Notes: generated from the sequence alone by a model not told the origin. Numbered from the stretch's first letter, positions 28,478-39,301 are shown. The stretch: 64,000 nucleotides of DNA from Candidatus Collierbacteria bacterium GW2011_GWB1_44_6 (GCA_000998025.1 LCJG01000002.1:891-64890); one strand, 5' to 3'. Numbers and translations are program-made.

Positions 28478-30576
28478 TAATCGATGGTGAGAGAAATATT
28501 GACCGTACCGTCCGCGTTGGTGCTGCAGACGGAGGGATCAGTTTTGCAGATTTTTTCAGTCTCCATTAACCATCCATTGGCATAACCATTGGCTGTAAAA
28601 TGCCTATCTTCTTGAATTACTGGCGTTCGAAACCAAGTATCCCAAAAATTATTTCTTAGATTTTTGTATTCTTGAATAGTCCCTCTGTGAGACTGTTCAT
28701 CATCAGTGGTATTATTAAAAAATTCTCTTTTGCCAGCATATATCTTCCACTTTGGGTGGAAGTTTTCATTGAAGACTAATATAAATTTATCTCCGGCATT
28801 TTTGATTATTAACGTGTAAGTTGTTGGATTGTTTTTGTTAAAAATAAGTTTTACATTTGAATAGTTAGCGCCTGGAAGCCACTCCTTGTAATCAATTTCT
28901 TTCTCAGAACTTGAAACAATTAGTAGGTTTTTGGGGTTGTTTACCTTTCCGAGAGAGGGACACAGAGTACTAGCTAGTGATGGATCTATAAACTTTAATC
29001 CACCCAAGTATGGTGTCGAGGTGCTGCTTGCGTCGACTATCTCTTCCGGTAGGTAGATTCTGGGATAGTAATTGTTTTTATTTATTTCAAAGAGATCAAA
29101 TACTTCATCCGAGTGCACAGTTTTTCCGATTAGTTTAGACTCACAGATTACCGAAAAAAAAGAATCTTTTTGAATCAATACGTGACTGACGTTATTTAAA
29201 AATAGCGAAGAACTATCCTGATTAGTTTCTACCCCGGATCCCAGGTTTTCCAAACTCAATCCGGATTGGTCAGGTCTAAAAATTGTTTCTTTTGCTGAAA
29301 TCCAATAAAGAGGGTCGGCACCCATGTAACCCCAAGTTTTTGTCACATATCCATTGGGAAAGGGAAGTTCAAGAACTTTGGCCGCCTCCTTTAGGCCATC
29401 TAACTTCACCTGCAATGTGAAGTATTCATCTGGAATTTTGAACCCCCTACGGTCGTTCTCAGAGATAGTGGTATTGAAGTACTTATCTCCTTTAATAATG
29501 GGGTAAAAAATAACTAAGTGAATAAGAACTATAGCTGGAAATATTTTTTTCAAACCGTAGCGCTTTACAATGTCAGCTATAGAAATTGCTAGTAGGAGCG
29601 AGTAAAGTATGACAGCCCCAGAAGCAATCGATGATGTAGTTCGAAATACTCTTAGTAGAGGGATATAAACCATTGCCTGGGTATATAAATAGCCAAATGG
29701 CGGGTTTGGACCCTTTGCAATGAATATAATTAGAAGAGAAAATAATAATAGGATCAATTTTTTGTGATTTTTTACCTTGTCGATAAACACCCCTAGGCAT
29801 AGAACTAACCACAGAAGAAGTGTCCAGATAACGAACATAGTGCTCGTGAGGTACTTACTGATATGTGGATAAATTAGGACGATGGAATAGTTGAAGAAGC
29901 GCGAAATATATAAAAGAGAGGCACTTCCCAGGTCTGCTTTTCCGCCATGAGAAGAGACGTTAGAGGAAAAATTTCGAACCACTCCAAACAAGGTGCTATA
30001 TATGTAAGGAATGATAGTAAAAGCATTAATTAATAGAGATATTGCGGCTAAGGCGATCAACCTTAAGAAGAGAGATAGATAAGAGAGCTCCTTCGGTTTT
30101 GAGATCAAGACGACCGCCAGAGCAGACAGCGGAAATATTAGTAGTATTTTGGGTTGAGGAAGGTCAATAAAGAAAAAAAGGTTAAGACATATCGCAAAAA
30201 GAATGGCAAACGTTAGGTTTTTCGACTTCACAAATTTGACAAGGAAATAAAGACAGACAGGGAACCCGTATAGTGGTAGATAAGCTGTAACGAGCAAAAA
30301 GTAAATAGGATTAAGGATGAAAAACATGGCACTCAAATAAGCCCACTTTTTGTGGTATTCCGGGAATATTTCCCGAAACAGTAAATATGTAAACACGAAA
30401 CCAGTCGTAAACAGGAGAACAATAAGAATTTTTAAGGTTAAGAAGCTAGGAATCTTTATAAGGTTTAGAAAGCCATAAAACCAGTACCAAAATACGTGCA
30501 AATACTCTAAAGATTCTCCATATGAGTTCCACATGAACATCTTGTCAGAAATGTTCATGCGGTACATGGGATACAT
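28369..30576 (-). CDS. large polytopic membrane protein (735 aa) with an extracytoplasmic domain and a C-terminal anchor; YfhO/GT-C-like
   Basis: About 12 N-terminal TM helices, a roughly 350-aa hydrophilic region, and a final TM helix (FMGMIASGITILVCLLGGLPG). Confidence 0.35.
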   Translation of the reverse strand: MYPMYRMNISDKMFMWNSYGESLEYLHVFWYWFYGFLNLIKIPSFLTLKILIVLLFTTGFVFTYLLFREIFPEYHKKWAYLSAMFFILNPIYFLLVTAYLPLYGFPVCLYFLVKFVKSKNLTFAILFAICLNLFFFIDLPQPKILLIFPLSALAVVLISKPKELSYLSLFLRLIALAAISLLINAFTIIPYIYSTLFGVVRNFSSNVSSHGGKADLGSASLLYISRFFNYSIVLIYPHISKYLTSTMFVIWTLLLWLVLCLGVFIDKVKNHKKLILLLFSLLIIFIAKGPNPPFGYLYTQAMVYIPLLRVFRTTSSIASGAVILYSLLLAISIADIVKRYGLKKIFPAIVLIHLVIFYPIIKGDKYFNTTISENDRRGFKIPDEYFTLQVKLDGLKEAAKVLELPFPNGYVTKTWGYMGADPLYWISAKETIFRPDQSGLSLENLGSGVETNQDSSSLFLNNVSHVLIQKDSFFSVICESKLIGKTVHSDEVFDLFEINKNNYYPRIYLPEEIVDASSTSTPYLGGLKFIDPSLASTLCPSLGKVNNPKNLLIVSSSEKEIDYKEWLPGANYSNVKLIFNKNNPTTYTLIIKNAGDKFILVFNENFHPKWKIYAGKREFFNNTTDDEQSHRGTIQEYKNLRNNFWDTWFRTPVIQEDRHFTANGYANGWLMETEKICKTDPSVCSTNADGTVNISLTIDYWPQRLFFMGMIASGITILVCLLGGLPGLIKTIRKK

Positions 30577-30692
30577 GACATCCCCGCCGATATAGTAATT
30601 TTTGTCAGCAATGGAAAACAGGAAAGTGGCTATACCTGCAATAGAAATTATTATCGGCCAGTGTCTTTGGAGTAGGCGTACGACTTTACCAA

Positions 30693-31502
30693 TTATGAGT
30701 TTTTTTGAGTATATAAGAAGACTGCATAAAAGCTGGGCGATAGAAACGGCAAGCTTTTTACCACGTTTCGGACCAGGTTGACCATGTACGGAACCTTGGA
30801 CAAAGCACCAAGTTGCGCAGATATGCGGTTAGGAGTAACCGGAGGGTACATTCGTATTCCTTCGGTAAGCCCATACGTGTACATTGTTTTTTTTAACCTG
30901 TTTGGGTTTGTTAAATTAACGTGAACTTTTTTTTCTTCATTTTCCGCCCTTATTACTTCACTCAGCGTTGAATTCCTCATTATGACGTTTATTAGGTTCA
31001 AAATTGGCCGGATAAACTTTAGATAAATATTGTTGTCTGTGTGAATGACGACTTGGAGATTATTACTCCAAGACTGGAATGATTTGAGGACTTTTCTTAT
31101 TTCAGAATCATACATGTGCTCAACCACATCACATAGATATACTGCTCTAATATTTTTCAGTTTTGGAAGATGGTTATTATTAGCACAGAGAAATTCAATC
31201 TTCATTGCTCCGTACTTCTTTTCATATTTCTTTTGCCTATCCCGGCATATGTCGACTGCCGCCTTGGAATAATCTATGCCTACAACCCTACAGCGGTATT
31301 TTTTCCAAAGCATAAATGAAAGGTTCCCATTACCACAGCCAAAGTCAACTACAGTATTTTCGGGAGTTAATTTAACCAAGGAAACCATTTCTTTGTAATA
31401 TTCTTTTGAAAGATTCTCTTCTAAAGTATCGGCTGAGTTGTCTTGCCCATATACTCTATTGAAAAAGTCTTTGTCGTATAGTCTTGAACTTACCTGTTTC
31501 AT
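30693..31502 (-). CDS. class I SAM-dependent methyltransferase
   Basis: VVDFGCGNGNLSFML and YLCDVVEHM. Confidence 0.75.
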   Translation of the reverse strand: MKQVSSRLYDKDFFNRVYGQDNSADTLEENLSKEYYKEMVSLVKLTPENTVVDFGCGNGNLSFMLWKKYRCRVVGIDYSKAAVDICRDRQKKYEKKYGAMKIEFLCANNNHLPKLKNIRAVYLCDVVEHMYDSEIRKVLKSFQSWSNNLQVVIHTDNNIYLKFIRPILNLINVIMRNSTLSEVIRAENEEKKVHVNLTNPNRLKKTMYTYGLTEGIRMYPPVTPNRISAQLGALSKVPYMVNLVRNVVKSLPFLSPSFYAVFLYTQKNS

Positions 31503-31504
31503 AA

Positions 31505-32668
31505 TTATGTGAAGTTAGATATCAAACGGCTTTCTTTTTCGACTATTAAATTCCAATCATGTTTTTTTGCCATTTTCTTTCCTTCAGTATTTGTAAACTT
31601 ATTATCACGGAATAACTTGATGACAGCGCTGGCCACAGATTGAATATCACCTGTTTTGTGCATTGAAACCTGTTTGTCCGTATAAAGTTGCTTAAAGATC
31701 GGTAGGCTATAGGTGAAACACTGCCTACCGAGAGCAACCGCCTCTAATAATGCTACACCAAAACTTTCGTCATAACTCAGAAACCAAAACGATTTTGTGT
31801 TTCCGAGATAGCTGTATTTTTCAACCCCAGACTGATATCCAAGAAATTTGATATTATTTTCAAGTCCCGTTTGGATTATTTGCTCTTTAAAAGCCTCCTC
31901 GGTTTTTTTGTCGCCACTTCCCATAATACTCAGGGTAAATTTTGGATGATCTCTTTTCACGATCTCTAGAACTTTCAACAGGTCAAAGATACCTTTACTC
32001 TCGTTTAGTCGCCCCATGAACAAACCGTCTGACCTGTATTTATTACCTTTTTTTATTTTCTTTATTAATTCGCTTTCAACACCGTTTCCCGTGACGGCAA
32101 TATGTTTCTCGGACAACCCTCTTCTAATTAGATATCTTTTTAGATATGTGGTGACAGTAAATATACAATCAGCCTGTGATAACAACGGGATGCTTATCTG
32201 AAAAAATAGCCAAGCTAATAAACGTATCAGTGTATTTCCCCGTCCAAAAATGGGTACTGTATTGTCAAAAACGGTACACCAAACCACTTTTTTATTTGTC
32301 AATTTGTAGACAAAAGGCACAATAATAAAATCTAGCACAGAAGAAAATGAGTATATTATGTCGGGTGAAATTTTAGAAATCTCCTTGTTTTCTCCCAGCG
32401 AGAGAATATTTTGGCGAATGGCATATAGGAGGTAAGAGATTTTTGACTTATTTATTTTGGGTTTAGAGAAAGCGCCATGGTGCTTGTTGTCATAACTGTA
32501 TACATCACCGATGGTTTTAATCTCATTAATATAATTTCCTCCATGAATATAGGTCTTATAGCCAAGCTTTTGATACTCTTTTATTTTTATTAGCCAGATT
32601 ATTTGAATACCTTGATTGCCTAGGTTTGGAATAATGAAAATAATTATTGGGGGTTGGCCGTTGCTCAT
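31505..32668 (-). CDS. GT4-like glycosyltransferase
   Basis: C-terminal ...SYDESFGVALLEAVALGRQCF... is a GT4 E(G/S)FG motif. I place the start at the internal Met (MSNGQPP...), which gives a classic ATGA overlap with the upstream gene. The ORF-track start at 32716 uses an upstream alternative start codon. Confidence 0.7.
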   Translation of the reverse strand: MSNGQPPIIIFIIPNLGNQGIQIIWLIKIKEYQKLGYKTYIHGGNYINEIKTIGDVYSYDNKHHGAFSKPKINKSKISYLLYAIRQNILSLGENKEISKISPDIIYSFSSVLDFIIVPFVYKLTNKKVVWCTVFDNTVPIFGRGNTLIRLLAWLFFQISIPLLSQADCIFTVTTYLKRYLIRRGLSEKHIAVTGNGVESELIKKIKKGNKYRSDGLFMGRLNESKGIFDLLKVLEIVKRDHPKFTLSIMGSGDKKTEEAFKEQIIQTGLENNIKFLGYQSGVEKYSYLGNTKSFWFLSYDESFGVALLEAVALGRQCFTYSLPIFKQLYTDKQVSMHKTGDIQSVASAVIKLFRDNKFTNTEGKKMAKKHDWNLIVEKESRLISNFT

Positions 32669-33831
32669 ATAACTTTGTCGAGTATGTGTAGTAGTCTTCC
32701 AGCGGTTTTTGCCCAACTAAACTCCTTAACTTTCTCAAGACCTTTTTTTATCAACTCTGAGCGAAGTGTGTGGTCGTTGTCGATCTGATGCATAGCATCA
32801 CTAATCTGATTGGTATCAAGTGGATCTACCAAAATACCCGATGCACCAACGACCTCTGGTAAACTCGACGTGTTGGAAGCGATAACGGGACACTTGTTCT
32901 GCATGGCTTCTAGTACCGGAAGGCCAAAACCCTCGTAATAAGAACAATAGACAAAGGCGATTGCTTTCGTGTATAAGGCCATCAGTTCGGTTTTGGTAAT
33001 ATATCTGCCTGTCAGGATTACCTTGCCTGCATGTTTGGTCTTTTTTAGAAGAGCACCAATGTAGTCAATCATTTCAGGGTCCTTGACGACAATTACTAGC
33101 TTGGCGTCCTTCTTTGTTTCACAGAATATGTCAAAAGCCTTGAGAGCTGAATCCACATTTTTTCGAATAGAAGTGCCGGCCGTGAGGAAATATTTATCTT
33201 CTTCGTTTAGGTGAATCTTTTTTAGTATTCGCCAAATTTGAGATTCCGTAATATGTGAAGATTTTCCCGTGTCTTCGTCTACCCCCAGCGGAATAGTGGT
33301 TATCTTGGCTTTGTCAAGTTTAAATAGCCTCCTTAAATCTTTTTTTGTATTATCTGAAATAGTGATGATTTGGTCAGCCCTTTTTAAGCTTGGTGACAGA
33401 ACGAGGTCATAGTATAACTTCAACTGCCTTGTAGTTGTTTCTGGCACGATAAAGGTGCAGAGATCAAGCACTCCGACTACGTATTTGACATCTTTTTTTC
33501 TAAACAAAGGTAAAATGTTTACGGGACTAAAATATACCCCTACTCCACCCATGGCTTTCAAAACATACAGGTGGTCAAAGAGTATCTCGGTGAATATGTT
33601 TCGATGGCCAGGTATATTTTCCAAACTGACATTTTTGTTTGCCAAGAGGTCCTCGATGTATTCGTTTTTTCCGTCATAAGAAAACACGGCCACTCTGAAT
33701 TCTGTTTTTGGAGAGGCTTGAACCAGAGCTTTGACTAGGTTGTAGACGTAGCTTTGTACGCCGGTATAAGGATTCTGAAGCAACCGCAAATTAATTAGAA
33801 TTGTTTTATTCACCTTTGGCCGACTATCCAT
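32665..33831 (-). CDS. GT4 glycosyltransferase
   Basis: YYEGFGLPVLEAMQNKCPVIASNTSSLPEVVGASGILVDP. Confidence 0.85.
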   Translation of the reverse strand: MDSRPKVNKTILINLRLLQNPYTGVQSYVYNLVKALVQASPKTEFRVAVFSYDGKNEYIEDLLANKNVSLENIPGHRNIFTEILFDHLYVLKAMGGVGVYFSPVNILPLFRKKDVKYVVGVLDLCTFIVPETTTRQLKLYYDLVLSPSLKRADQIITISDNTKKDLRRLFKLDKAKITTIPLGVDEDTGKSSHITESQIWRILKKIHLNEEDKYFLTAGTSIRKNVDSALKAFDIFCETKKDAKLVIVVKDPEMIDYIGALLKKTKHAGKVILTGRYITKTELMALYTKAIAFVYCSYYEGFGLPVLEAMQNKCPVIASNTSSLPEVVGASGILVDPLDTNQISDAMHQIDNDHTLRSELIKKGLEKVKEFSWAKTAGRLLHILDKVI

Positions 33832-34412
33832 ATTTGACCACCCAGACCGAGTTTGTTTATGAAGCTTTGAATGAATAGTGGGAGGGGGTGAAAGGGGGCA
33901 AAGCTCTTGGTAATCTTAAAATTGTTGGTACTCAAAATAAATTCGAGATTAGGAATGGTGAAGAGGTACTTATGAGTCTTGTCACTATAGCCGTGCCATT
34001 TGTTTTTTTCGACATACCTACCAAAGGAGTTTAGATTTGGGGTGGTGATTATGAGTTTTCCTCCCTTTTTTAACATGGAGTAGCATTTTTCCACAAATTT
34101 TGAAGGACTATCAAGATGTTCGATGACATCGAAAGCGGTAATTAGGTCAAATTTCACAGTAGGGAAAGGAGTAGTACTGGAGTTTAGGTCAAATACTTTT
34201 AATCTGGCTTTGGTGTTCGTTTTTGCTTTTTTTAGCCATGCACTAGAGATGTCAACTCCGTATGTTTTCATACCATAGGCGTCACATTTTTTTAAAAAAT
34301 TGCCGGTGGCACAGCCGATGTCCAGAACTTTCTGTCCTTTTTTAAAACCTTCTGCAAGCACAGCCCCAGGGAAATAGATCTTGGATATCAGATCTTCTCT
34401 TTTTATGACCAT
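33810..34412 (-). CDS. class I SAM-dependent methyltransferase
   Basis: VLDIGCATGNFLKKC and FDLITAFDVIEHL. Confidence 0.8.
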   Translation of the reverse strand: MVIKREDLISKIYFPGAVLAEGFKKGQKVLDIGCATGNFLKKCDAYGMKTYGVDISSAWLKKAKTNTKARLKVFDLNSSTTPFPTVKFDLITAFDVIEHLDSPSKFVEKCYSMLKKGGKLIITTPNLNSFGRYVEKNKWHGYSDKTHKYLFTIPNLEFILSTNNFKITKSFAPFHPLPLFIQSFINKLGLGGQIWIVGQR

Positions 34413-34413
34413 T

Positions 34414-35136
34414 TTATTTTTTTGCTAAAGCGTATATTCTAGTGGCGAATATGCCTTGAGGAGTTAACCCTTTCATTATCTGGCGGAACATAAATTTGGT
34501 CGTTTTATATACTTTGTGAAAGAGGTGCTTGTATATATATAACAACAGAATGTCGATGTCCCAAAACAAGTTTCCTATTTTCAAAATTTCTGATGATTTA
34601 AAGTTTGAAAGTTTTAAGAGTATTTCAATATCGGATGCTTTGTAGTGTCTGTGCCCAAGGAACCAGGCTGGATCGATAAAGTTGAAGGGGTGGCTATTCA
34701 TGGTGCTCGTAATCAAGACTCCGCCTTCTTTGAGAAGCTTATTGATATTTTGAAGAACAATCCCTTCAGTCCCGACAGGGACATGTTCGATGACATCAAG
34801 AAAAATGGCAGAATCAAAATACCCGGCGTACTTTTTCATAAATTTGGGATCTGGGTCGGCAAGATTAATTTGGTAAAAATCAAATTTGGGAAATGTTTTT
34901 TTGGCTACGTTCAGGGCATCTTGGTTGAGATCAATCCCGACCATTTTGCATGGGAATTTTCTTCGAGAAACTTCCTTTTCCATGGTGCCGGTCCAGCAAC
35001 CAGCGTCCAGTACCTTTTTTCCTTTGAAATATTCTTTATAATAATCTACAACATGTTTGTGTTGGTAGTTGGCCCTAATTTGGGAATCGTTGAGGCTATC
35101 AAACTCCATGGTGCCATTGTATGTAAGTGATCTCAT
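34414..35136 (-). CDS. class I SAM-dependent methyltransferase
   Basis: VLDAGCWTGTMEKE and FDSAIFLDVIEHV. Confidence 0.8.
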   Translation of the reverse strand: MRSLTYNGTMEFDSLNDSQIRANYQHKHVVDYYKEYFKGKKVLDAGCWTGTMEKEVSRRKFPCKMVGIDLNQDALNVAKKTFPKFDFYQINLADPDPKFMKKYAGYFDSAIFLDVIEHVPVGTEGIVLQNINKLLKEGGVLITSTMNSHPFNFIDPAWFLGHRHYKASDIEILLKLSNFKSSEILKIGNLFWDIDILLLYIYKHLFHKVYKTTKFMFRQIMKGLTPQGIFATRIYALAKK

Positions 35137-35143
35137 AGAGGAA

Positions 35144-36289
35144 TTATAACCGAGATGCGTAGATTTTTAGGTATTGGTTCGCTGTTTTAAGCGGTGATCT
35201 AGATCTGGCCATGACATAAACGTTGTCTTCAATTTTCTTTACCAGATGAGGATTGTTGGCTACCAGCTCAAAGGCTTCGTCCCACCTTGAATTATCGGTC
35301 AGGATACCCGTTTTACCATCATCTATGTCCTCAAGATAATGGCCTATTTTGGTCGCTATGATGCACTTGCCGTAGCTATTTGCGTGATATAGCGGTCCAC
35401 TAGAACCCATGGAAAGAACAGCGGGGATGATGACGCAGTAAGCCTTTTCATAGAGACTATCCTGCTCACTCTCTTCAATGAACCCTTTGTAAACTATTTT
35501 ATCCTGCAGACCGGAACTGGATATCATTTTGGTTATTTCCGTCAACGAATCCTCTTGTCCCTTAATGACGCCTCCGGCCAGAATTAATTTGAATTTTGTT
35601 TTGGGGTTTTTGGTGATGTATTTTTTGAATCCGTCCAGGGCGAAGCCAAGCCCCTTCCGCCTAGCCATATAGCCAAAATAGAAAAAATACGGTTCCTTTT
35701 TGCCGCTGTTATATGGTTTCTCAGGGATGGCTGCCGGAATGACGTTTACCTTTTTCTCATCCACACCGTAGTCTGACGTGATTATTTTTTTGGTTAAATG
35801 AGTATGAACAACGATAGAGTCTGAAATTAAGGAAATCAGCTTATAGACATAAGAAAAGAATAGCTTCAACATGAACGGCCTGACTATATTAGGATTTTGA
35901 TTGAAAATTCGGACAAATTCTGTATCAACCTGTTTTTTATATACCGCCGCGTGAACAGTGACTACGACTTTGAAACCCAGAAGTTTGGTGATAAATAAGA
36001 GCAAAGGGAAAAGGGCTGCTGTAAAAATACCTCCATACATATTAATTTCATGTTGAAAATGAACGAGGTCTGGTTTGTCTGTCTTTAGCTGATTTACAAT
36101 CTCCGAAATAAATGCCGGTGACTTTGTCCAGACAGGAATGATCCGACCGTGACCAGTAATCTCAAGGTTCTTTTTGTCTTTGTCCGTATATACCAGCAGC
36201 TCAACTTTTTTTGTTTGGACGAGCCCGCCTGTGATGTACTGAGAGTAATGCCCAGATGGCAACATACCTGTGATGAAGGCAATTTTCAT
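35144..36289 (-). CDS. GT-B fold glycosyltransferase (GT4/GT1-like)
   Basis: The N-terminus MKIAFITGML... is Rossmann-like. The C-terminus ...GKCIIATKIGHYLEDIDDGKTGILTD is typical of a GT4 donor-binding region. Confidence 0.6.
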   Translation of the reverse strand: MKIAFITGMLPSGHYSQYITGGLVQTKKVELLVYTDKDKKNLEITGHGRIIPVWTKSPAFISEIVNQLKTDKPDLVHFQHEINMYGGIFTAALFPLLLFITKLLGFKVVVTVHAAVYKKQVDTEFVRIFNQNPNIVRPFMLKLFFSYVYKLISLISDSIVVHTHLTKKIITSDYGVDEKKVNVIPAAIPEKPYNSGKKEPYFFYFGYMARRKGLGFALDGFKKYITKNPKTKFKLILAGGVIKGQEDSLTEITKMISSSGLQDKIVYKGFIEESEQDSLYEKAYCVIIPAVLSMGSSGPLYHANSYGKCIIATKIGHYLEDIDDGKTGILTDNSRWDEAFELVANNPHLVKKIEDNVYVMARSRSPLKTANQYLKIYASRL

Positions 36290-36297
36290 ATCTATAA

Positions 36298-37545
36298 TTA
36301 AACCACTTCTATCTTTGGGAGGGGAAATACCAAGTGCCCACCAGAATCCAGGTAAGCTTGTTCCTTACCTATTATATTGTCCTTAAAGTGCCAAGGTAAC
36401 ACCAGAAGATAGTCGGGCTTTAAGGCTTTAATTTCAGTTTCTGATTTAATCTCGATATCGGTTCCAGGAGCAAACCTTCCATATTTATACTCATTGACCT
36501 CAGCGATTGCCGGTAGATCTTTTTTGTCTAACCCAGCAAACTGAAGAATTACGTTTCCTTTTGTTGAGGCTCCATATCCATATATCGTTTTACCCTGTTG
36601 ATGAACCTTCTTAATAAAATTAACAAGACCTTCTCTATGTTCGAAAATAGCTTTGTTGAAGTCTTCGTACGTTTGAGGGTCTTGAAGATCTCTAGCTTCT
36701 TCTGCTTCGATTATTGCTCTAACCATTTTTTCGTTACCCAGCATCCGAGAATTTTTCTTCGCCAAAAAGACTTTGAAACTTGCTCCATTTGTTTCGTTTA
36801 GTTCGATGTCAACAATTTTCATACCGATTCTGGAAACCATCCAGCTTATTTGTCTTATGGCGTAGTATTCCAGGTGCTCATGGCAGATGGTATCGTAGGA
36901 AACATTGTCTATCATTCTTGGCATATAACTTTGCTCTAGTACCCAAACGCCTTCATCATCTAAGATCTCATAGACTTGTGCCATAAAGTCTATCGGGTGC
37001 TCTAAATCATAAAACATAGCCACTGATGTAACTACTTTAGCTTTCCTCTCACCGAATTCTTTCTTAAACACCTCAGATGAGAAGAAGTCGGGAATTTTTG
37101 TAATTCCACGCTGGTAATACATTCCAAATTTCTTAATTGTGGGATCAATACCAACTAAGTCGACACCGTCTACTCCGTACTGTGATAATAGTGTTCCGTC
37201 GTTGCTGCCGATGTCCAGGATAAGATCTCCTTTTTTTAGTTCGATTTTATTTTTTATTTGATTGGCTAATTCTTGAAGGTGAGCCACCATTGACCGATTG
37301 AGACCGGAGCGATAGCCGTAATTGTCACCATAAAGTTTTTCTGGTAAGTAATTGTGAGCTAATTGAAGTAGACCACAACTAATTCCGTCACGGTCATCAC
37401 ATTTAACGACAGTTAGAGGACCTTTTTCTACTTCCTCGTCCGCCTTAGGGAATACTCCACTTAGTGCAGTCTCACCAAGTTCAACAACTTTATAAATGTT
37501 TTTGTTTCCGCAAATCCGACATTCAGTAATTTCTCGGTAAAGCAT
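36298..37545 (-). CDS. SAM-dependent methyltransferase of the TylC3/NovU family (N-terminal zinc ribbon plus C-methyltransferase C-terminal domain); candidate sugar C-/O-methyltransferase
   Basis: N-terminal ECRICGNKNIYKVVELGETALSGVFP, a central MTase fold (LILDIGSNDGTLL), and about 415 aa, typical of this family. Confidence 0.65.
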   Translation of the reverse strand: MLYREITECRICGNKNIYKVVELGETALSGVFPKADEEVEKGPLTVVKCDDRDGISCGLLQLAHNYLPEKLYGDNYGYRSGLNRSMVAHLQELANQIKNKIELKKGDLILDIGSNDGTLLSQYGVDGVDLVGIDPTIKKFGMYYQRGITKIPDFFSSEVFKKEFGERKAKVVTSVAMFYDLEHPIDFMAQVYEILDDEGVWVLEQSYMPRMIDNVSYDTICHEHLEYYAIRQISWMVSRIGMKIVDIELNETNGASFKVFLAKKNSRMLGNEKMVRAIIEAEEARDLQDPQTYEDFNKAIFEHREGLVNFIKKVHQQGKTIYGYGASTKGNVILQFAGLDKKDLPAIAEVNEYKYGRFAPGTDIEIKSETEIKALKPDYLLVLPWHFKDNIIGKEQAYLDSGGHLVFPLPKIEVV

Positions 37546-37645
37546 TTTTGTACAATAAAATAATTATTATGTCTATAAAAAGACTACCTGTACTTTACAT
37601 CAACAATTAATACAAGTCTATAATTATTTTGAAAACTTCTTTCTA

Positions 37646-39238
37646 TCAGCAGGCCTTTGCCTCGTCGACATTGAGCTGTTTGGGAGAAAAGTTTGCCAGA
37701 AAGCCAAAGAACTTCCAGGCAGAAAAGAACAAGAACTTGATGTCATTAAAATTCCTAATTTCGATGATTTTCCTATATATAAACTGCGGTGATAAGGCTG
37801 CTTTGTAAAGATCTTGAGTGAGTTCCAGAACTTGGGTTTCTGTTAATGATGATTTCATGACAGGTTTCCTCATATCGTAGTCCTCATAGTCCTCGGATAA
37901 GAGCCAACCTTCCTTTTTACACTCTTTCCATAGCGGTGTGCCCGGATAAGGAATCACGACCGTCGCTTGAAGGGTATCCACATAACCCTTTTTGAAACAT
38001 TTTTTTGCCAATTCCACAGTGTTCTTGGCATCTTGATAGGACTCCCAGGGGTAGCCCATCATGATGGTGAGGTGTGGGTCTAGACCGCCCTTCTTGGCCA
38101 TACGAACGCCTTCTTCAATTTGCTCTACTTTAAGTCCTTTATCAAGATGATCAAGAGTGTATTGATTGGCCGATTCCATACCATAGAGAATAAAGCGGAA
38201 GTTGGCTTTGCCCATAAGATCGTAGTGTTCCTGCTTGAGGGCGTTGAGACGCATATTGCAGCCAAAGACAACTTTTTTGGCGTATCCCGACTCGATCATC
38301 ATATTACAAAAATCCATGAGAGGCTTGCCGATCATAAAGGTACCGGCATCGTCGAAGATTTCTTTGACATGATATTTGTCTACCACATGTCTGACCTCGT
38401 CAAAAAGTCTTTGAGCAGTAAACCTTCGATATGACCCAATTGGGTTGATGGTATGGTCCCAAACACAGAAAGTACACCGGTTCCACCAACAGTCACGACC
38501 TGAGTACATATAGGTGGCCGGAGTGTATTTGTAGTTCCCGTTATAGACGGAATATAGTTCCCATTTAGTCAGGTCACGGTCTACAAAAGGCAACTCGTTC
38601 AGGTCGTGAGCAATACTGGGTTTGCCGCTATTAGCATAAACAACTTTTCCTTTTCTTTTGATTGTTTCCGCTGGTTTTTGTTTGATTCTCTTGTCGTCTG
38701 TTCTCCACCAAACCCCGCCCTCTAATGGTGTGAGATCCCTCGACTGCGCTCGGGATGACGAGGAGAGATGGTCTAGTAAGTTGACGATGACAAAGTCATA
38801 ATCTCCTCCGGTGATAAGATAGTCTACTTTGCTGTTGTCCATCATTTCTTCAGGAGCAAAAGTGACGTGGTCCCCTACCCAAACCAGAAGTAATTTTGGG
38901 AGTTCTTTTTTGAGATCTTTGATTATTTGCCAGTGTTTTTTAACAATTGGGGATTTGGTCTCCACCATCAGGACGTCTGGTTTGAATTTTTTTAACTCGC
39001 GGACCCACTCTTTGTAGGTTTGCTCCTCCGCAATACCATCCATCCATTTCACCTTATATCCATGCTTCTGAGCATTTGAGGCCGCATAGGCAGGCACCAT
39101 AGGATAGATGTATGTCTTGGCGTTGAAGTACTGGAACTGGCGGTTTTGAGAAAGTAGCATGACGCCCTTGTCGGAAGGTATGGGGGGGTAGCCAATGACT
39201 AAACGGAGAGATTTTTTTAATTTTGATTTTTTTAACAT
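37646..39238 (-). CDS. B12-binding-domain radical SAM protein (class B rSAM-like)
   Basis: N-terminal Rossmann-like B12-binding region (KPDVLMVETKSPIV...LLLVWVGDHVTF), then a Cys triad SGRDCWWNRCTFCVW. The spacing is CX4CX2C, not the canonical CX3CX2C. Confidence 0.55.
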   Translation of the reverse strand: MLKKSKLKKSLRLVIGYPPIPSDKGVMLLSQNRQFQYFNAKTYIYPMVPAYAASNAQKHGYKVKWMDGIAEEQTYKEWVRELKKFKPDVLMVETKSPIVKKHWQIIKDLKKELPKLLLVWVGDHVTFAPEEMMDNSKVDYLITGGDYDFVIVNLLDHLSSSSRAQSRDLTPLEGGVWWRTDDKRIKQKPAETIKRKGKVVYANSGKPSIAHDLNELPFVDRDLTKWELYSVYNGNYKYTPATYMYSGRDCWWNRCTFCVWDHTINPIGSYRRFTAQRLFDEVRHVVDKYHVKEIFDDAGTFMIGKPLMDFCNMMIESGYAKKVVFGCNMRLNALKQEHYDLMGKANFRFILYGMESANQYTLDHLDKGLKVEQIEEGVRMAKKGGLDPHLTIMMGYPWESYQDAKNTVELAKKCFKKGYVDTLQATVVIPYPGTPLWKECKKEGWLLSEDYEDYDMRKPVMKSSLTETQVLELTQDLYKAALSPQFIYRKIIEIRNFNDIKFLFFSAWKFFGFLANFSPKQLNVDEAKAC

Positions 39239-39301
39239 GTGTTTTTGTTATTGATGGTTGAGATTGCTTCTCCACCAGAGGCGGATCGCAATGACGGCGC
39301 A

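Noticed and set aside
34645-35130. 161-aa plus-strand ORF
   Set aside because: It is antisense to a well-supported methyltransferase gene, and its composition is typical of a shadow ORF.
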